From an uncultured virus (IMG/VR IMGVR_UViG_3300021378_000017) (Duplodnaviria; Heunggongvirae; Uroviricota; Caudoviricetes): 64,000 bases of DNA. The DNA lies in the IMG/VR virus record IMGVR_UViG_3300021378_000017. One strand, written 5' to 3'. Positions within the stretch are counted from its first letter, which is position 1. Every line of letters begins with the position of its first letter. Positions 27,128 to 36,198 of this stretch are shown here, one piece after another. A program made the position numbers and the translations under genes. Below the pieces are notes generated by a model. That model did no database searches. It saw only the letters and a program-made list of their open reading frames with translations, and had not been told where the DNA came from.

Positions 27128-27366
27128 TTTAACTTATACCTTTTGATAAGTAATTCCTTAGCATGGTTTATTGCCATATTTGCTTTATCTTCATCTTTTA
27201 TTTTATCAAAGATAATATCGCCACCATCGTAATCAAAGAATCTTTCAATATCTTTTAGACTTTTAATTCTTTCCTTTTTAAGAGCTTTTTCAAGGGAAGG
27301 CATAACTTTCTTTACATCAGAGCTTACGCCTTCAGATAATTGTTCTCTTAATTCTTTAAATTTCAT
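27124..27366 (-). CDS. Small protein, capsid-targeting-like N-terminus
   Basis: MKFKELREQLSE; GAGG RBS before 27366. Confidence 0.55.
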   Translation of the reverse strand: MKFKELREQLSEGVSSDVKKVMPSLEKALKKERIKSLKDIERFFDYDGGDIIFDKIKDEDKANMAINHAKELLIKRYKLK

Positions 27367-27367
27367 T

Positions 27368-27835
27368 TTATCCTCGTACCTTTTTAGCCAAGTCAGCGTC
27401 TGCTTTACCCCAGGTTCCACTGGACTTTGTTACAAATGAATTAACTCTTGCTAATCCCCATTGAACTGCAGTTGTTCCAGGTCTGTGTCCTGTTTTCCAA
27501 GCTGCAACTCCTCTATTAAATACTTGCCTTAATATACCTAATGGCATACCTGACTTATCAGCTTTATCCTTAAGTGCTTTATCTGGCCCTGAAGCTTCAC
27601 CGAACATATCTTTAAATTTCTTAGTATGCTTTGAAGGTTTAGTTTCTGCAGATTTATCGCCTGGAGCCGGTTTACTAGATTTTTTCTTAAAATGAGCTGC
27701 TCTCTTTTGTTTTGTAGACTTAGCCATTTCATCGCCTTTGGCGTCTTTAGCATAATAGGCCTTAGGTTGACTTCCTTTACGATCGCCAATATCTTTATCT
27801 TCGGCCTCAACAAAAAAGGTTTTAAAATCTTTCAT
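27368..27835 (-). CDS. Basic protein, capsid-targeting-like N-terminus
   Basis: MKDFKTFFVE; L..KADKSG....LRQVFNRGVAAWKTGHRPG..QWGLARVNSF domain. Confidence 0.6.
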   Translation of the reverse strand: MKDFKTFFVEAEDKDIGDRKGSQPKAYYAKDAKGDEMAKSTKQKRAAHFKKKSSKPAPGDKSAETKPSKHTKKFKDMFGEASGPDKALKDKADKSGMPLGILRQVFNRGVAAWKTGHRPGTTAVQWGLARVNSFVTKSSGTWGKADADLAKKVRG

Positions 27836-28131
27836 TAGTGTATGTTAACTCCTAATTGTTTTAACCTTGCTACGACGATATCGTTTGCATCCTTACCAAC
27901 CTTTCCAGTTTCTGGATGTAAATCATCTAACAACTCGTCATCGTAAATAAACCCTGCAATGGTATCTAAATATGCTTGTGATTTATCATCTCCTACTACT
28001 ATATCTTTACTTTTTCTCATGAACATTACAAGCTGTTGTGCTATCTTTTCAGCTTCATCTGGATTATCAGAAAATATACCGAATTCCATTGTTCCTTCTA
28101 ATAATTTAGATCTTAATTGCTTAAAGTTCAT
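27835..28131 (-). CDS. Small protein, capsid-targeting-like N-terminus
   Basis: MNFKQLRSKLLEGT; DDELLDDL. Confidence 0.55.
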   Translation of the reverse strand: MNFKQLRSKLLEGTMEFGIFSDNPDEAEKIAQQLVMFMRKSKDIVVGDDKSQAYLDTIAGFIYDDELLDDLHPETGKVGKDANDIVVARLKQLGVNIH

Positions 28132-29077
28132 CTTTAAAATCCCTAAATGATAATTGTTTTTTTCCGTTCTTCTTCTTTTTCTTTTTAGGAACTTCTTCGC
28201 CTGGTGTTACCTTTGCGTACTTTTGTGTAACTTTGTCTTCTCCAACTCCGCCACAGTTTTCAGCTAATGCAATATCGTCAAGCCATACTCTTTTAGTTCC
28301 AGATTCAAGTTGAATAGTAACATAGTTAGAACCAAGCATTTTAATAGTGCCTTGTTCATTTGTTTCTTTTACTATTACTGTATCTCCTACCTCAAATAAA
28401 GTTCCGTCAATGTATTCTTCTCTTGTTTCTGACACTGGATCTAATTGAATATGTTGTCTAAAATTATTAGATTCTTTTAATCCCATAGCCTTTCGTAACA
28501 TATTAAATAGGCCTTGTACATCCTTATAGCTTGATGGAACACCTTTAGAGAATGAACTAAGATCGTTGTCCTTAGCTGCTTTTCTCATTTTAGAAGCTGA
28601 CATTCCAGATACGTCATCTGAATCTGGATCTCTTTGTCCAGCTGAAACGACTTTTATTCCACCTTCAAATTGATAGAAGCCATGTCTTGCATCAACACCG
28701 TTATATTTATTTAACAGTATTTCAAATTCTTTAACTCGATCATCTCCTGCAACCATAGAAACTTTAGTGTAACCTTGATCATATAAGGATACTGCTACGT
28801 CCATAGCTGTTCGTATTCCCTTATCTGCCATAACACTTCGTGCATGTTTAGGAAACATCTTTCTTAATATCTTAACTTTTGTTTTAAAATCGAATGGATT
28901 TTTATTTGCATCTTGTGATTGTGATGCATAAATTCTATATGAACCCTTTGATACTTTCTTTAATTTATCAAATAGTAATTCATGGCCAGTAGTTGGAGGA
29001 TTAAACCTACCAAACACGAAGGTAATATCCTTTGTATCTTCTACTAAATAATTTTTAAACGACTTAATTTCCATCAC
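28121..29077 (-). CDS. HIGH-superfamily nucleotidyltransferase (cytidylyl/NMN-adenylyl-transferase-like)
   Basis: FGRFNPPTTGH, KNP, VAGDDR, SAGQRDPD, MSASKMR. Confidence 0.8.
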   Translation of the reverse strand: MMEIKSFKNYLVEDTKDITFVFGRFNPPTTGHELLFDKLKKVSKGSYRIYASQSQDANKNPFDFKTKVKILRKMFPKHARSVMADKGIRTAMDVAVSLYDQGYTKVSMVAGDDRVKEFEILLNKYNGVDARHGFYQFEGGIKVVSAGQRDPDSDDVSGMSASKMRKAAKDNDLSSFSKGVPSSYKDVQGLFNMLRKAMGLKESNNFRQHIQLDPVSETREEYIDGTLFEVGDTVIVKETNEQGTIKMLGSNYVTIQLESGTKRVWLDDIALAENCGGVGEDKVTQKYAKVTPGEEVPKKKKKKNGKKQLSFRDFKDEL

Positions 29078-29460
29078 TTCCCCATTTTATCCAATACTGA
29101 TTGTTCAGCTTTTTGTTTTTTAAGCTTATCTCTATCTGCTTGTTTAACAGAAGGAAATAGTTTTTTAGCAATCTTTTTAATTGCACCTTGTTTTTTGGCT
29201 ACTTGTTTTTCAAGTGAAGCCCTTTGAGCAAATCCTAAATCAGCTTTAGTTTTGTTCTTTAAAATCTTTTTAATTATTAGGTTTTTGGCTTGTTTTTCAG
29301 CTCGTTTTTTAAGCTGTTCAGGGGAGGCTAGTTTTTTAGCAGCTTTCTTTTTACCAAGCATAATCTTAGCTTTGTTTTTTCGAGCTGCAGCTTTCATCTT
29401 ATTACGAGTAGCAATAGACAAAGCTTCGTTTTTTGATGTGAACTCTTTAAAAGTTTCCAT
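29074..29460 (-). CDS. Highly basic protein, capsid-targeting-like N-terminus
   Basis: METFKEFTSKNE; K/A-rich. Confidence 0.55.
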   Translation of the reverse strand: METFKEFTSKNEALSIATRNKMKAAARKNKAKIMLGKKKAAKKLASPEQLKKRAEKQAKNLIIKKILKNKTKADLGFAQRASLEKQVAKKQGAIKKIAKKLFPSVKQADRDKLKKQKAEQSVLDKMGK

Positions 29461-29481
29461 ATTTCCTCGGTAAGTATCCCA

Positions 29482-30723
29482 TTAGCCTGGATTCTGCCAG
29501 CCCTTTATAATATTTGGGTCGAAGTTATTAGTTGAGAATTCTAATCTGTCAACTAACTTGACCGCGCCACCTTCCATACGATCTATTGCAACAAAACCTT
29601 CTGGGTTGGTTGCTCTAAATCCGGTTTTAGTCTTAAGAAACGTTCCGATGTTGTTAAGACCATTTAGTTTATTTATAATAATTAATTTTGCATCCACCAC
29701 ATTATTCTGTAAATTGAACACTTTTTCTAAGTTTTTTTGATTAGATTTACTAAAAAACTTTAATAATTCATCTCTTTTAGCAATTTGAGTATCTTTTCCC
29801 TTCTGAGATGATCTTTTATCAATTTCCTTTTGGTATCTATTATTAACCCATACTATTAATTCTGATACATGTTTTTTAGTATCTTTAATTCTTTCGTTAG
29901 CTCTTACCTTTGTGTTATTAAATGTATTAATCACAAGGTTTAATTCTTTATTAGATTCTATTTCTTTTAATGTAGAACCTGATATTTGTTTAAATGTTTT
30001 ACCTGCTTGAGATAAATGTCTAGTAACTTCTTCTGTTTCACTAGAAGTAAATGTTGCTGTACCTGATAAATCTGGAAGTGTTGCATCGACCATCCAAACA
30101 TCCTTTGATTTTTTTAGTTTAGGTACGATTTCTTTTCCAAACTCAGCTGACATTGTTTCAAATGTTGCACCGGTATAAACAGTATGCCATACTACTCCGA
30201 TTTTAGATGATGTAATTTCTTTAGCCAATGGAGTACCAACAGGTACTGCATATACAATTGTGTTTGGGTGAAAGGTTATATGTTTTACACCACCAATATT
30301 TTCACTCTTTAAATCACTTTTATCAAACATGAAGTCACCTTGTATAACATTGGTTATACCAAGTTTCTTAAAAGTATCATATGCTAATTTTAATTTAACA
30401 GATAAATCACCTGAGGTATCAGCATCGATATCAGCATGTGATTTATACACCATTGGGTTTTTATTAAAGATACCTTTCTTTGCAACGAAGAACTCTCCAT
30501 CACTTGGATCTATACCACAAAATACGGCGGGAGCACCGTCCCATTTAACAGTAACGTCTACAGCTGATTTTGCGTTACCGCTTAACATATCCCTGAGTGA
30601 TCTTAGGGCAAGGATTGCTTGGCGTGCTCCCTTAACTCCACCGTCCAAAATAAGATCTTCAATATGTGTCATATGAGTGTTCTTACCTGCGGCTTCGGAT
30701 AAGGTTTGTTTAAGTGTCTTCAT
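29482..30723 (-). CDS. Conserved protein with ligase-like covalent nucleotidyltransferase motifs
   Basis: TVKWDG (motif I-like), IQGDFMF (III-like), EGFVAI (IV-like), AVKLVDR (V-like); MKTLKQTLSE N-terminus. Confidence 0.55.
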   Translation of the reverse strand: MKTLKQTLSEAAGKNTHMTHIEDLILDGGVKGARQAILALRSLRDMLSGNAKSAVDVTVKWDGAPAVFCGIDPSDGEFFVAKKGIFNKNPMVYKSHADIDADTSGDLSVKLKLAYDTFKKLGITNVIQGDFMFDKSDLKSENIGGVKHITFHPNTIVYAVPVGTPLAKEITSSKIGVVWHTVYTGATFETMSAEFGKEIVPKLKKSKDVWMVDATLPDLSGTATFTSSETEEVTRHLSQAGKTFKQISGSTLKEIESNKELNLVINTFNNTKVRANERIKDTKKHVSELIVWVNNRYQKEIDKRSSQKGKDTQIAKRDELLKFFSKSNQKNLEKVFNLQNNVVDAKLIIINKLNGLNNIGTFLKTKTGFRATNPEGFVAIDRMEGGAVKLVDRLEFSTNNFDPNIIKGWQNPG

Positions 30724-30724
30724 T

Positions 30725-32113
30725 CTATTTTCCTAATTTAACGTACGTACTTGAATCTAATGTTGAGGATCCAGCGTAATTTACAAATTGCGTTACAATA
30801 GCATTAGCTTTTCTTCCAGTGTTAATATCAATATAGTAACATATGTATAATGAACCAAGTTTAGCAGATACCCAGAACCAATCCTTTTGATCTAATTCTG
30901 CATAAAATTCTTTATCAGTAACGTTTGGATAAAAGTGTTTAAACATTGTATAAAATATTTTAATAGATCTTTTATCGCCTTTTTTAATCTTTTGTGCTAT
31001 TTTTTTAACACCCTTAGCATGATCAGGAACTATTTTACCAGTTTCTCTTTTTATAAATTCTTGAAGAACACCCCATGATAATCCACCGCCTCTTGCTTTA
31101 CTTCCTTTGATTTCAGCCTTTACTGCTTCACCATTAGCGTTATCCTTAAGGTTTAATGCACCTGTATCGTACTCAATCGTTGAACTTTTTGATGACCAAA
31201 AGTTTCCTCTGTTTGATTCTAATGCAACTTTTTTTAGTTTATGATTATCTGTGTCAGGTGGATATTGGTTATTATATTCTTTTAATGGTGTAGGAAACTT
31301 TAGCATTGGTCCTTTAAGTGATATACCAACTAATCTTCTGTCATTAAAATGTTTTAATATTGCCTTATTTAAAGCTCCAACTGATGATGTTGGTAGTTCT
31401 TTATCAACATTAAAATCTGTTGATAACGCCCACATATCGCCTGGGTTCCATTTATCATCCTTTAAAGGTTTAAATCCATTGTTTTTATATGCTTGATTTT
31501 TAAGTGCATATATTTTAATCATCTTAGCATCGCCTCTATGGAATGTCATACTTTTATTAATATAACCTTCCTTAACTAACATTTTTGCAATGTTGTAAGA
31601 TGACGATACCCAAGCATCTGGTGCAGAAAGTATAGTTTTTAAATCAACGTCTACTTTTACCTTTTTGTATGCTGCTTTGAGAATATCATGAGTAAAAAAT
31701 TCTTCAGCTTGTAATCCATGGTCAAGCATTGCTTGGCACATTACAGCCTGATGACATTCGTTTCTAGCAGTATCTTTAGTACCAGAACCTGCACCACTTG
31801 ATCCTCCACCAAATACCTCTGACTTTTTAAGTTGAGACAATGGAATCATCTTATCGCCAAAAACAAATGAAATGTTTGATGGTGCTTGCTCGAATGCGTT
31901 TAATTTTTGGAGAGCGTCTTCAATGTCGGTTACAATTGCTGTACCGCCTTTTTTTAATTGAAGTGGATCACGGTTTTTAATAAGTTTTCTAAGAATATCA
32001 ACCCTAGCTTCGCCAGTGTTACTATTTGGTTTTTGCAACTCAGATTGACTTAAGGCAACGCCTTCTGTAACTTCAGTGAATCCATCTTTAAAACTATGTA
32101 TGAACTTCTTCAT
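30725..32113 (-). CDS. Putative PD-(D/E)XK-like nuclease
   Basis: NE...KWNPGDMW...LVGISLK; late promoter upstream. Confidence 0.45.
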   Translation of the reverse strand: MKKFIHSFKDGFTEVTEGVALSQSELQKPNSNTGEARVDILRKLIKNRDPLQLKKGGTAIVTDIEDALQKLNAFEQAPSNISFVFGDKMIPLSQLKKSEVFGGGSSGAGSGTKDTARNECHQAVMCQAMLDHGLQAEEFFTHDILKAAYKKVKVDVDLKTILSAPDAWVSSSYNIAKMLVKEGYINKSMTFHRGDAKMIKIYALKNQAYKNNGFKPLKDDKWNPGDMWALSTDFNVDKELPTSSVGALNKAILKHFNDRRLVGISLKGPMLKFPTPLKEYNNQYPPDTDNHKLKKVALESNRGNFWSSKSSTIEYDTGALNLKDNANGEAVKAEIKGSKARGGGLSWGVLQEFIKRETGKIVPDHAKGVKKIAQKIKKGDKRSIKIFYTMFKHFYPNVTDKEFYAELDQKDWFWVSAKLGSLYICYYIDINTGRKANAIVTQFVNYAGSSTLDSSTYVKLGK

Positions 32114-32138
32114 AAACTCTCCTGTATAAATACAATTC

Positions 32139-32146
32139 TATTTATA
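32139..32146 (-). promoter_or_regulatory. Late promoter TATAAATA heading the internal-protein cluster
   Basis: Exact motif; inverted copy at 32125-32132. Confidence 0.8.
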
Positions 32147-32151
32147 AGTTA

Positions 32152-32319
32152 TTAGCTGTCGAAAAATGGATTTGGTTTAATTCTTCCCTCTTCGTCGTAT
32201 CTAATAACACCAATTTCATGAAGTTTATCAATCATTCTGGTAGAGCCTTCACGTACTCCAATCTTATAAGAAGACCAACCTACACCAATAATAACAGTGC
32301 TAAGGATTAAATAGTCCAT
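32152..32319 (-). CDS. Small membrane protein
   Basis: MDYLILSTVIIGVGWSSYKIGVREG; likely start at 32319. Confidence 0.55.
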   Translation of the reverse strand: MDYLILSTVIIGVGWSSYKIGVREGSTRMIDKLHEIGVIRYDEEGRIKPNPFFDS

Positions 32320-32465
32320 TACACTTCCATATAAAAGCATACAGTTTCATAACCTTTATTCCGCATGTCTTCATAGAACATTACTGCATCTTCTTTAATA
32401 GCAAATATGTATTCTGCTACTAAGTCGTTATGTTCATCAACTGCTATAACCTTCCAACTATTCAT
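32319..32465 (-). CDS. 48-aa hypothetical protein
   Basis: MNSWKVIAVDEHNDLVAEYIF...; TAATG coupling on both sides. Confidence 0.55.
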   Translation of the reverse strand: MNSWKVIAVDEHNDLVAEYIFAIKEDAVMFYEDMRNKGYETVCFYMEV

Positions 32466-32698
32466 TATCCAGTCCTCATGTACTTTTCTACTGGTTTGAG
32501 CTCAATAAACTTTCTACGAGACTTTGAAAATTGTTTCATAGGAGATTTGAATTGAGTATATTTTTTAGTTCCAGTAGCTTTAAAGCCAACACATTGGCCT
32601 TGTTCATTTAAAATGTAAGTATGATTAGGAACTTTATATCCTACGTCATCCCAATTAGTTATTTCTTTTAAAGCTTTAAACTTTGTAGACATAAACAT
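32465..32698 (-). CDS. Hypothetical early protein
   Basis: LKEITNW...PNHTYIL...FSKSRRKF. Confidence 0.6.
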   Translation of the reverse strand: MFMSTKFKALKEITNWDDVGYKVPNHTYILNEQGQCVGFKATGTKKYTQFKSPMKQFSKSRRKFIELKPVEKYMRTG

Positions 32699-32993
32699 CC
32701 ATCCTTTCTGCGTGTCTTAGTGGAAGAGACTGATCATACGCCCTAGGATGTCTACCATCAGCTATTGCGTGTTTTGTTCTTGGTCCTCTTCCTTGACACT
32801 TAACTCTATACCTAGGTGATTTACTAGGTATCGTTGATGACCAACCGCTATCAAAACAATATTGATTAATCCTGTCATTTTCCTTAGCTATTTTGTTAAT
32901 AGCTTTAATTGTATTTCTAACTGTTTGAAGTTCTAGCATATCTCCAGCTGATGCTGTATGTGCTGTCATTACATGTGAGCTACTGAAATTCAT
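32676..32993 (-). CDS. Hypothetical early protein
   Basis: YRVKCQGRGPR...A.RMDVYVY. Confidence 0.6.
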   Translation of the reverse strand: MNFSSSHVMTAHTASAGDMLELQTVRNTIKAINKIAKENDRINQYCFDSGWSSTIPSKSPRYRVKCQGRGPRTKHAIADGRHPRAYDQSLPLRHAERMDVYVYKV

Positions 32994-32994
32994 A

Positions 32995-33210
32995 TTATAC
33001 TCCGTGTGTCATGTGATCATAGCAGTCATTACCGTTTTCCGATAAATCTTTTCCGCATATGCATTTTATTGATTCTTCCAGAGTTGGAGCACCTACCATA
33101 GATCTTATCTGATCTTCTGTAAGTACTTGCTTTCCGTCTACTACTGCTGTTTCAGCTAGTAGTTTAATTGTTTCTTCTAAATTCGTTTTCATTATAGAGC
33201 TCCTGTCCAT
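32995..33210 (-). CDS. Hypothetical early protein
   Basis: CICG...CYDHMTHG possible metal site. Confidence 0.5.
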   Translation of the reverse strand: MDRSSIMKTNLEETIKLLAETAVVDGKQVLTEDQIRSMVGAPTLEESIKCICGKDLSENGNDCYDHMTHGV

Positions 33211-33536
33211 CTGATTGTATAATCTTCGAAGAGGTTTCCTCTTGCGAAGTTAGTGGCCGGTGCTTTCCATGATTTAGCCATTAATATATCACCTTCTTTA
33301 AATCCTTTAGTAGGTTTAGCTACGATGAATGAATGGGTTGAATGCCCAGCACTAATTTTAATGTAGTTTCTTCCTACTGTGTAAGATAAGCCTTCACAAA
33401 ATTCATCGAACATTTGATCTTTAATTTGGTCATCACCGGTTTGACATCTATCTTGCCATCTGTGATAGTCAGCTTTAATCTTGGTAAGGTAATTACCTAG
33501 CTCTTGTACGTTCTGTTCGTGAAATTTGTTCTTCAT
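33192..33536 (-). CDS. Conserved early hypothetical protein
   Basis: GRNYIKI...HSFI...GDILMAKSWKAPATNFARGN; first gene after a strong early promoter. Confidence 0.65.
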   Translation of the reverse strand: MKNKFHEQNVQELGNYLTKIKADYHRWQDRCQTGDDQIKDQMFDEFCEGLSYTVGRNYIKISAGHSTHSFIVAKPTKGFKEGDILMAKSWKAPATNFARGNLFEDYTIRWTGAL

Positions 33537-33567
33537 AATTTGATTCCTTATCATTTAATATAGGTAT

Positions 33568-33641
33568 ATTATACCATGTCCAGACATAATTGTACAGGGT
33601 TTTCTGCATTTATTTGCAAAATAATTAGCCTAAGTATCACT
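33568..33641 (-). promoter_or_regulatory. Early promoter with conserved ~50-bp upstream repeat (copy 1)
   Basis: TGTACA-N17-TATAAT; 33591-33641 nearly identical to 54115-54165 and 56605-56645. Confidence 0.85.
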
Positions 33642-33656
33642 CCGAAGAGTATATCT

Positions 33657-34319
33657 TTATACTATTTCGTTATAAGGGAATACTTTTGATATAACTTCAC
33701 CACAAATCTTAGCAATCTCTATATGTTCCTTTTGAGTGCCGTGTGCTGACCTCAATTGGATATAGTGAATCCATGATCTAAGAGTACCATTAACGTACAT
33801 TCTGCTCATAGTTAATCCTTCAGGTAATACTGCTCTGGCCTGCTCTTTAGCAATACCAGCTTCAATAGCCCAGTCATATGCTTGTCTGCACCTTTCGATT
33901 ATTACTTCTTGGTACGATTCCCAAACATAATTAATAGAATCTTCTTGGTTTAATTCAATAGAATTCTGTCTATTTTTAGTATCCTGCATCCTAGCTTCTC
34001 TTGTGGTAAATTCTAAATCTTTAGTGGGATCAGCATACCTTTGAGAAAATTCTTGGAATGAAAAAGATCTGTGTCTTAAAATTTGTCGTGCTATATCTCG
34101 TGTAGTATTAATTTCCATACAAACTGATACCATTTCTAATGGAGACCAATGTTGATTTTTAATTAAATACTTAACGAGTTTTTCTGATGTTTCATGACTT
34201 GTTTGGTTTCCAGGATTGGACACTCGAGCACAGTATGAAACTAATTGAAGAAGATCCTCGCCCGTTGTCGGGGCGAGGTCCTCTGAGGGTTGCGAATATG
34301 ATATAAGACTCACGTTCAT
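33657..34319 (-). CDS. thyX: FAD-dependent thymidylate synthase
   Basis: HWSPLE, RQILRHRSFSFQEFSQRY, EQARAVLP, TQKEH. Confidence 0.95.
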   Translation of the reverse strand: MNVSLISYSQPSEDLAPTTGEDLLQLVSYCARVSNPGNQTSHETSEKLVKYLIKNQHWSPLEMVSVCMEINTTRDIARQILRHRSFSFQEFSQRYADPTKDLEFTTREARMQDTKNRQNSIELNQEDSINYVWESYQEVIIERCRQAYDWAIEAGIAKEQARAVLPEGLTMSRMYVNGTLRSWIHYIQLRSAHGTQKEHIEIAKICGEVISKVFPYNEIV

Positions 34320-34330
34320 GTTTTATTTCC

Positions 34331-34507
34331 TTAAGATTGTTTCTTAACTAAAGTATATACACCCCATGCAAATCCAGCCCATGCTAGTAATTTAGCAACT
34401 CCGCCGAATAGGATTACTGATCCACAGACAACACATAGTGTAGCTCCGTCCCAAGTAGTTCTTTCCCCAAGTCTTGCACTTACGTAAGTTTTAATTGTAT
34501 TTAACAT
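34331..34507 (-). CDS. 58-aa two-TM membrane protein
   Basis: MLNTIKTYVSARLGERTTWDGATLCVVCGSVILFGGVAKLLAWAGFAWGVYTLVKKQS; GAGG RBS. Confidence 0.6.
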   Translation of the reverse strand: MLNTIKTYVSARLGERTTWDGATLCVVCGSVILFGGVAKLLAWAGFAWGVYTLVKKQS

Positions 34508-34517
34508 ATATTTTCCT

Positions 34518-35906
34518 CTATATTTTAAACTCTGAAAAATCCTTGCCTTCAGATTCTCCGAATTTGTTTATTGGTTTATCAGGAACCATATCTGACATAA
34601 TATCAGTTTGTGCTTCCTCTTCTACGTCATAAAGTTTCATACGGGATCTATCGACCCCAATAACAAAGCGTTTATACTTTGTTGGATCATTATAACGATT
34701 TTTCAATTGCTTAACGAGTATTTGTCCTAACTCTTCAAGCTCCTCTGTAGATATTAACGCAAACATTAAATCAGCCGTTGCCGGTAGACCAAACGATTCC
34801 GAAGTATCTTCTAATCCAACATCAGTATTACTGAAGCCAGATCTCGTGGTTTGAGTCGCACTCACGATTGGTACATTAAACTCTACTGCTAAGCCTCTCA
34901 GCTCTTCAGCAATTGCTTTAATGTATGAATAAGTATTTATGTTTCCACCAAGGCCTTTCATACGAGAAGAGGCACAAATATTCAAATAATCTATATAAAT
35001 TATATCGGGACTGAAGTTCTTTTTAAGCTTTAATTCGTTTAATAACGCCCTAAAATGACCAACATGTGCAGCACCTGTAGGATATTCCTTTACGATTAAT
35101 TTACCAATATGTCCCTTTGCAATTTTTTCAATCTTTTGATTAAATACATTCTGTGGTAAAGTGTCCAATTGTTCTATTGGAAAATTCATTAAATTAGCAT
35201 CGACCCTTTCAGCAATTCTTTCTTCAGCCATTTCCATTGTAATGTACAATACGTTCTTTCCTTCAGAAATATTTGCAGCTGAACAGTGACACATAAAGAG
35301 TGATTTACCTACACCAGTACCAGCAAGACATATGTTTAAACTTTTCTTTGGTAAACCACCTTTGGTAATTTTATTAAAGTAATCTAAATCAAATGGTATA
35401 CGCTCTTCGACTTTATTATAGAAATCATAGCGTTCTTCTGAATTATCAATGTAATCATGGCCGATATCTTGATCGAATGATACTCCTAATGCTTGAGATA
35501 AAATATCAGGTATTGCACCTGCTTGTAACTCTGGCTTTTTACCATCGATGATTTGAATAGAATCCATGATTGCACCATAGATTGCCTTTTCTTGACACCA
35601 CTTTTCTGATTCTTTAATTAGCCATTCTGTTTCAATGTCAGATCTTTCTTTAATTTCTGTGATTAAGTGTGATGATCTATTGAGTAAATCATCTGGTGCT
35701 TGCACACCAGTTAATTCAATTTCCAATATTTTACTTGTAGGTAGTTTATTATGCGTACTTACAAAATCTACTATAAGATCAAATACTACTCTGTGTTCGC
35801 CTTCAAAATATTCCTTCTTTAAAAATGGTATTACCCTACGGCAGAATGATTCATCATTAAGTAGATGATTGAGTACGTGTGTCGGTATTTGCGTTGATAT
35901 GTCCAA
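34518..35906 (-). CDS. 41: Replicative DNA helicase gp41
   Basis: LAGTGVGKSLFMC, ITMEMAEE, IDYLNIC, SESFGLPATAD, KQLKNRY. Confidence 0.96.
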   Translation of the reverse strand: MDISTQIPTHVLNHLLNDESFCRRVIPFLKKEYFEGEHRVVFDLIVDFVSTHNKLPTSKILEIELTGVQAPDDLLNRSSHLITEIKERSDIETEWLIKESEKWCQEKAIYGAIMDSIQIIDGKKPELQAGAIPDILSQALGVSFDQDIGHDYIDNSEERYDFYNKVEERIPFDLDYFNKITKGGLPKKSLNICLAGTGVGKSLFMCHCSAANISEGKNVLYITMEMAEERIAERVDANLMNFPIEQLDTLPQNVFNQKIEKIAKGHIGKLIVKEYPTGAAHVGHFRALLNELKLKKNFSPDIIYIDYLNICASSRMKGLGGNINTYSYIKAIAEELRGLAVEFNVPIVSATQTTRSGFSNTDVGLEDTSESFGLPATADLMFALISTEELEELGQILVKQLKNRYNDPTKYKRFVIGVDRSRMKLYDVEEEAQTDIMSDMVPDKPINKFGESEGKDFSEFKI

Positions 35907-36198
35907 TTTGTCCCTTCTTTTTTTCCAATGAATCAGATATAATATATGTAAGTACGTCGCCTAAATGATTGTTAAACTCTTCATTCTTAGTAAGTTCTTT
36001 ATCATTAAATTCAGCTGGATCAATGCATGTCCAGGTAAACTCTAAGGTTCCAATATCAAGTTCTTCATCTTCTTTTATTGAAACCTTTCCGTAAACAACT
36101 GTAACGTCTTTGTACTTTCCGGTTAAAAGCTTTACGCCGTAGAAATCTGATTCAGGATTTTCTACTAGTGTAAAATCGCTATCTGATATATTATACAT
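35857..36198 (-). CDS. gp40-position protein (head vertex assembly chaperone-like)
   Basis: Synteny between uvsX and 41; similar size. Confidence 0.45.
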   Translation of the reverse strand: MYNISDSDFTLVENPESDFYGVKLLTGKYKDVTVVYGKVSIKEDEELDIGTLEFTWTCIDPAEFNDKELTKNEEFNNHLGDVLTYIISDSLEKKKGQIGHINANTDTRTQSST

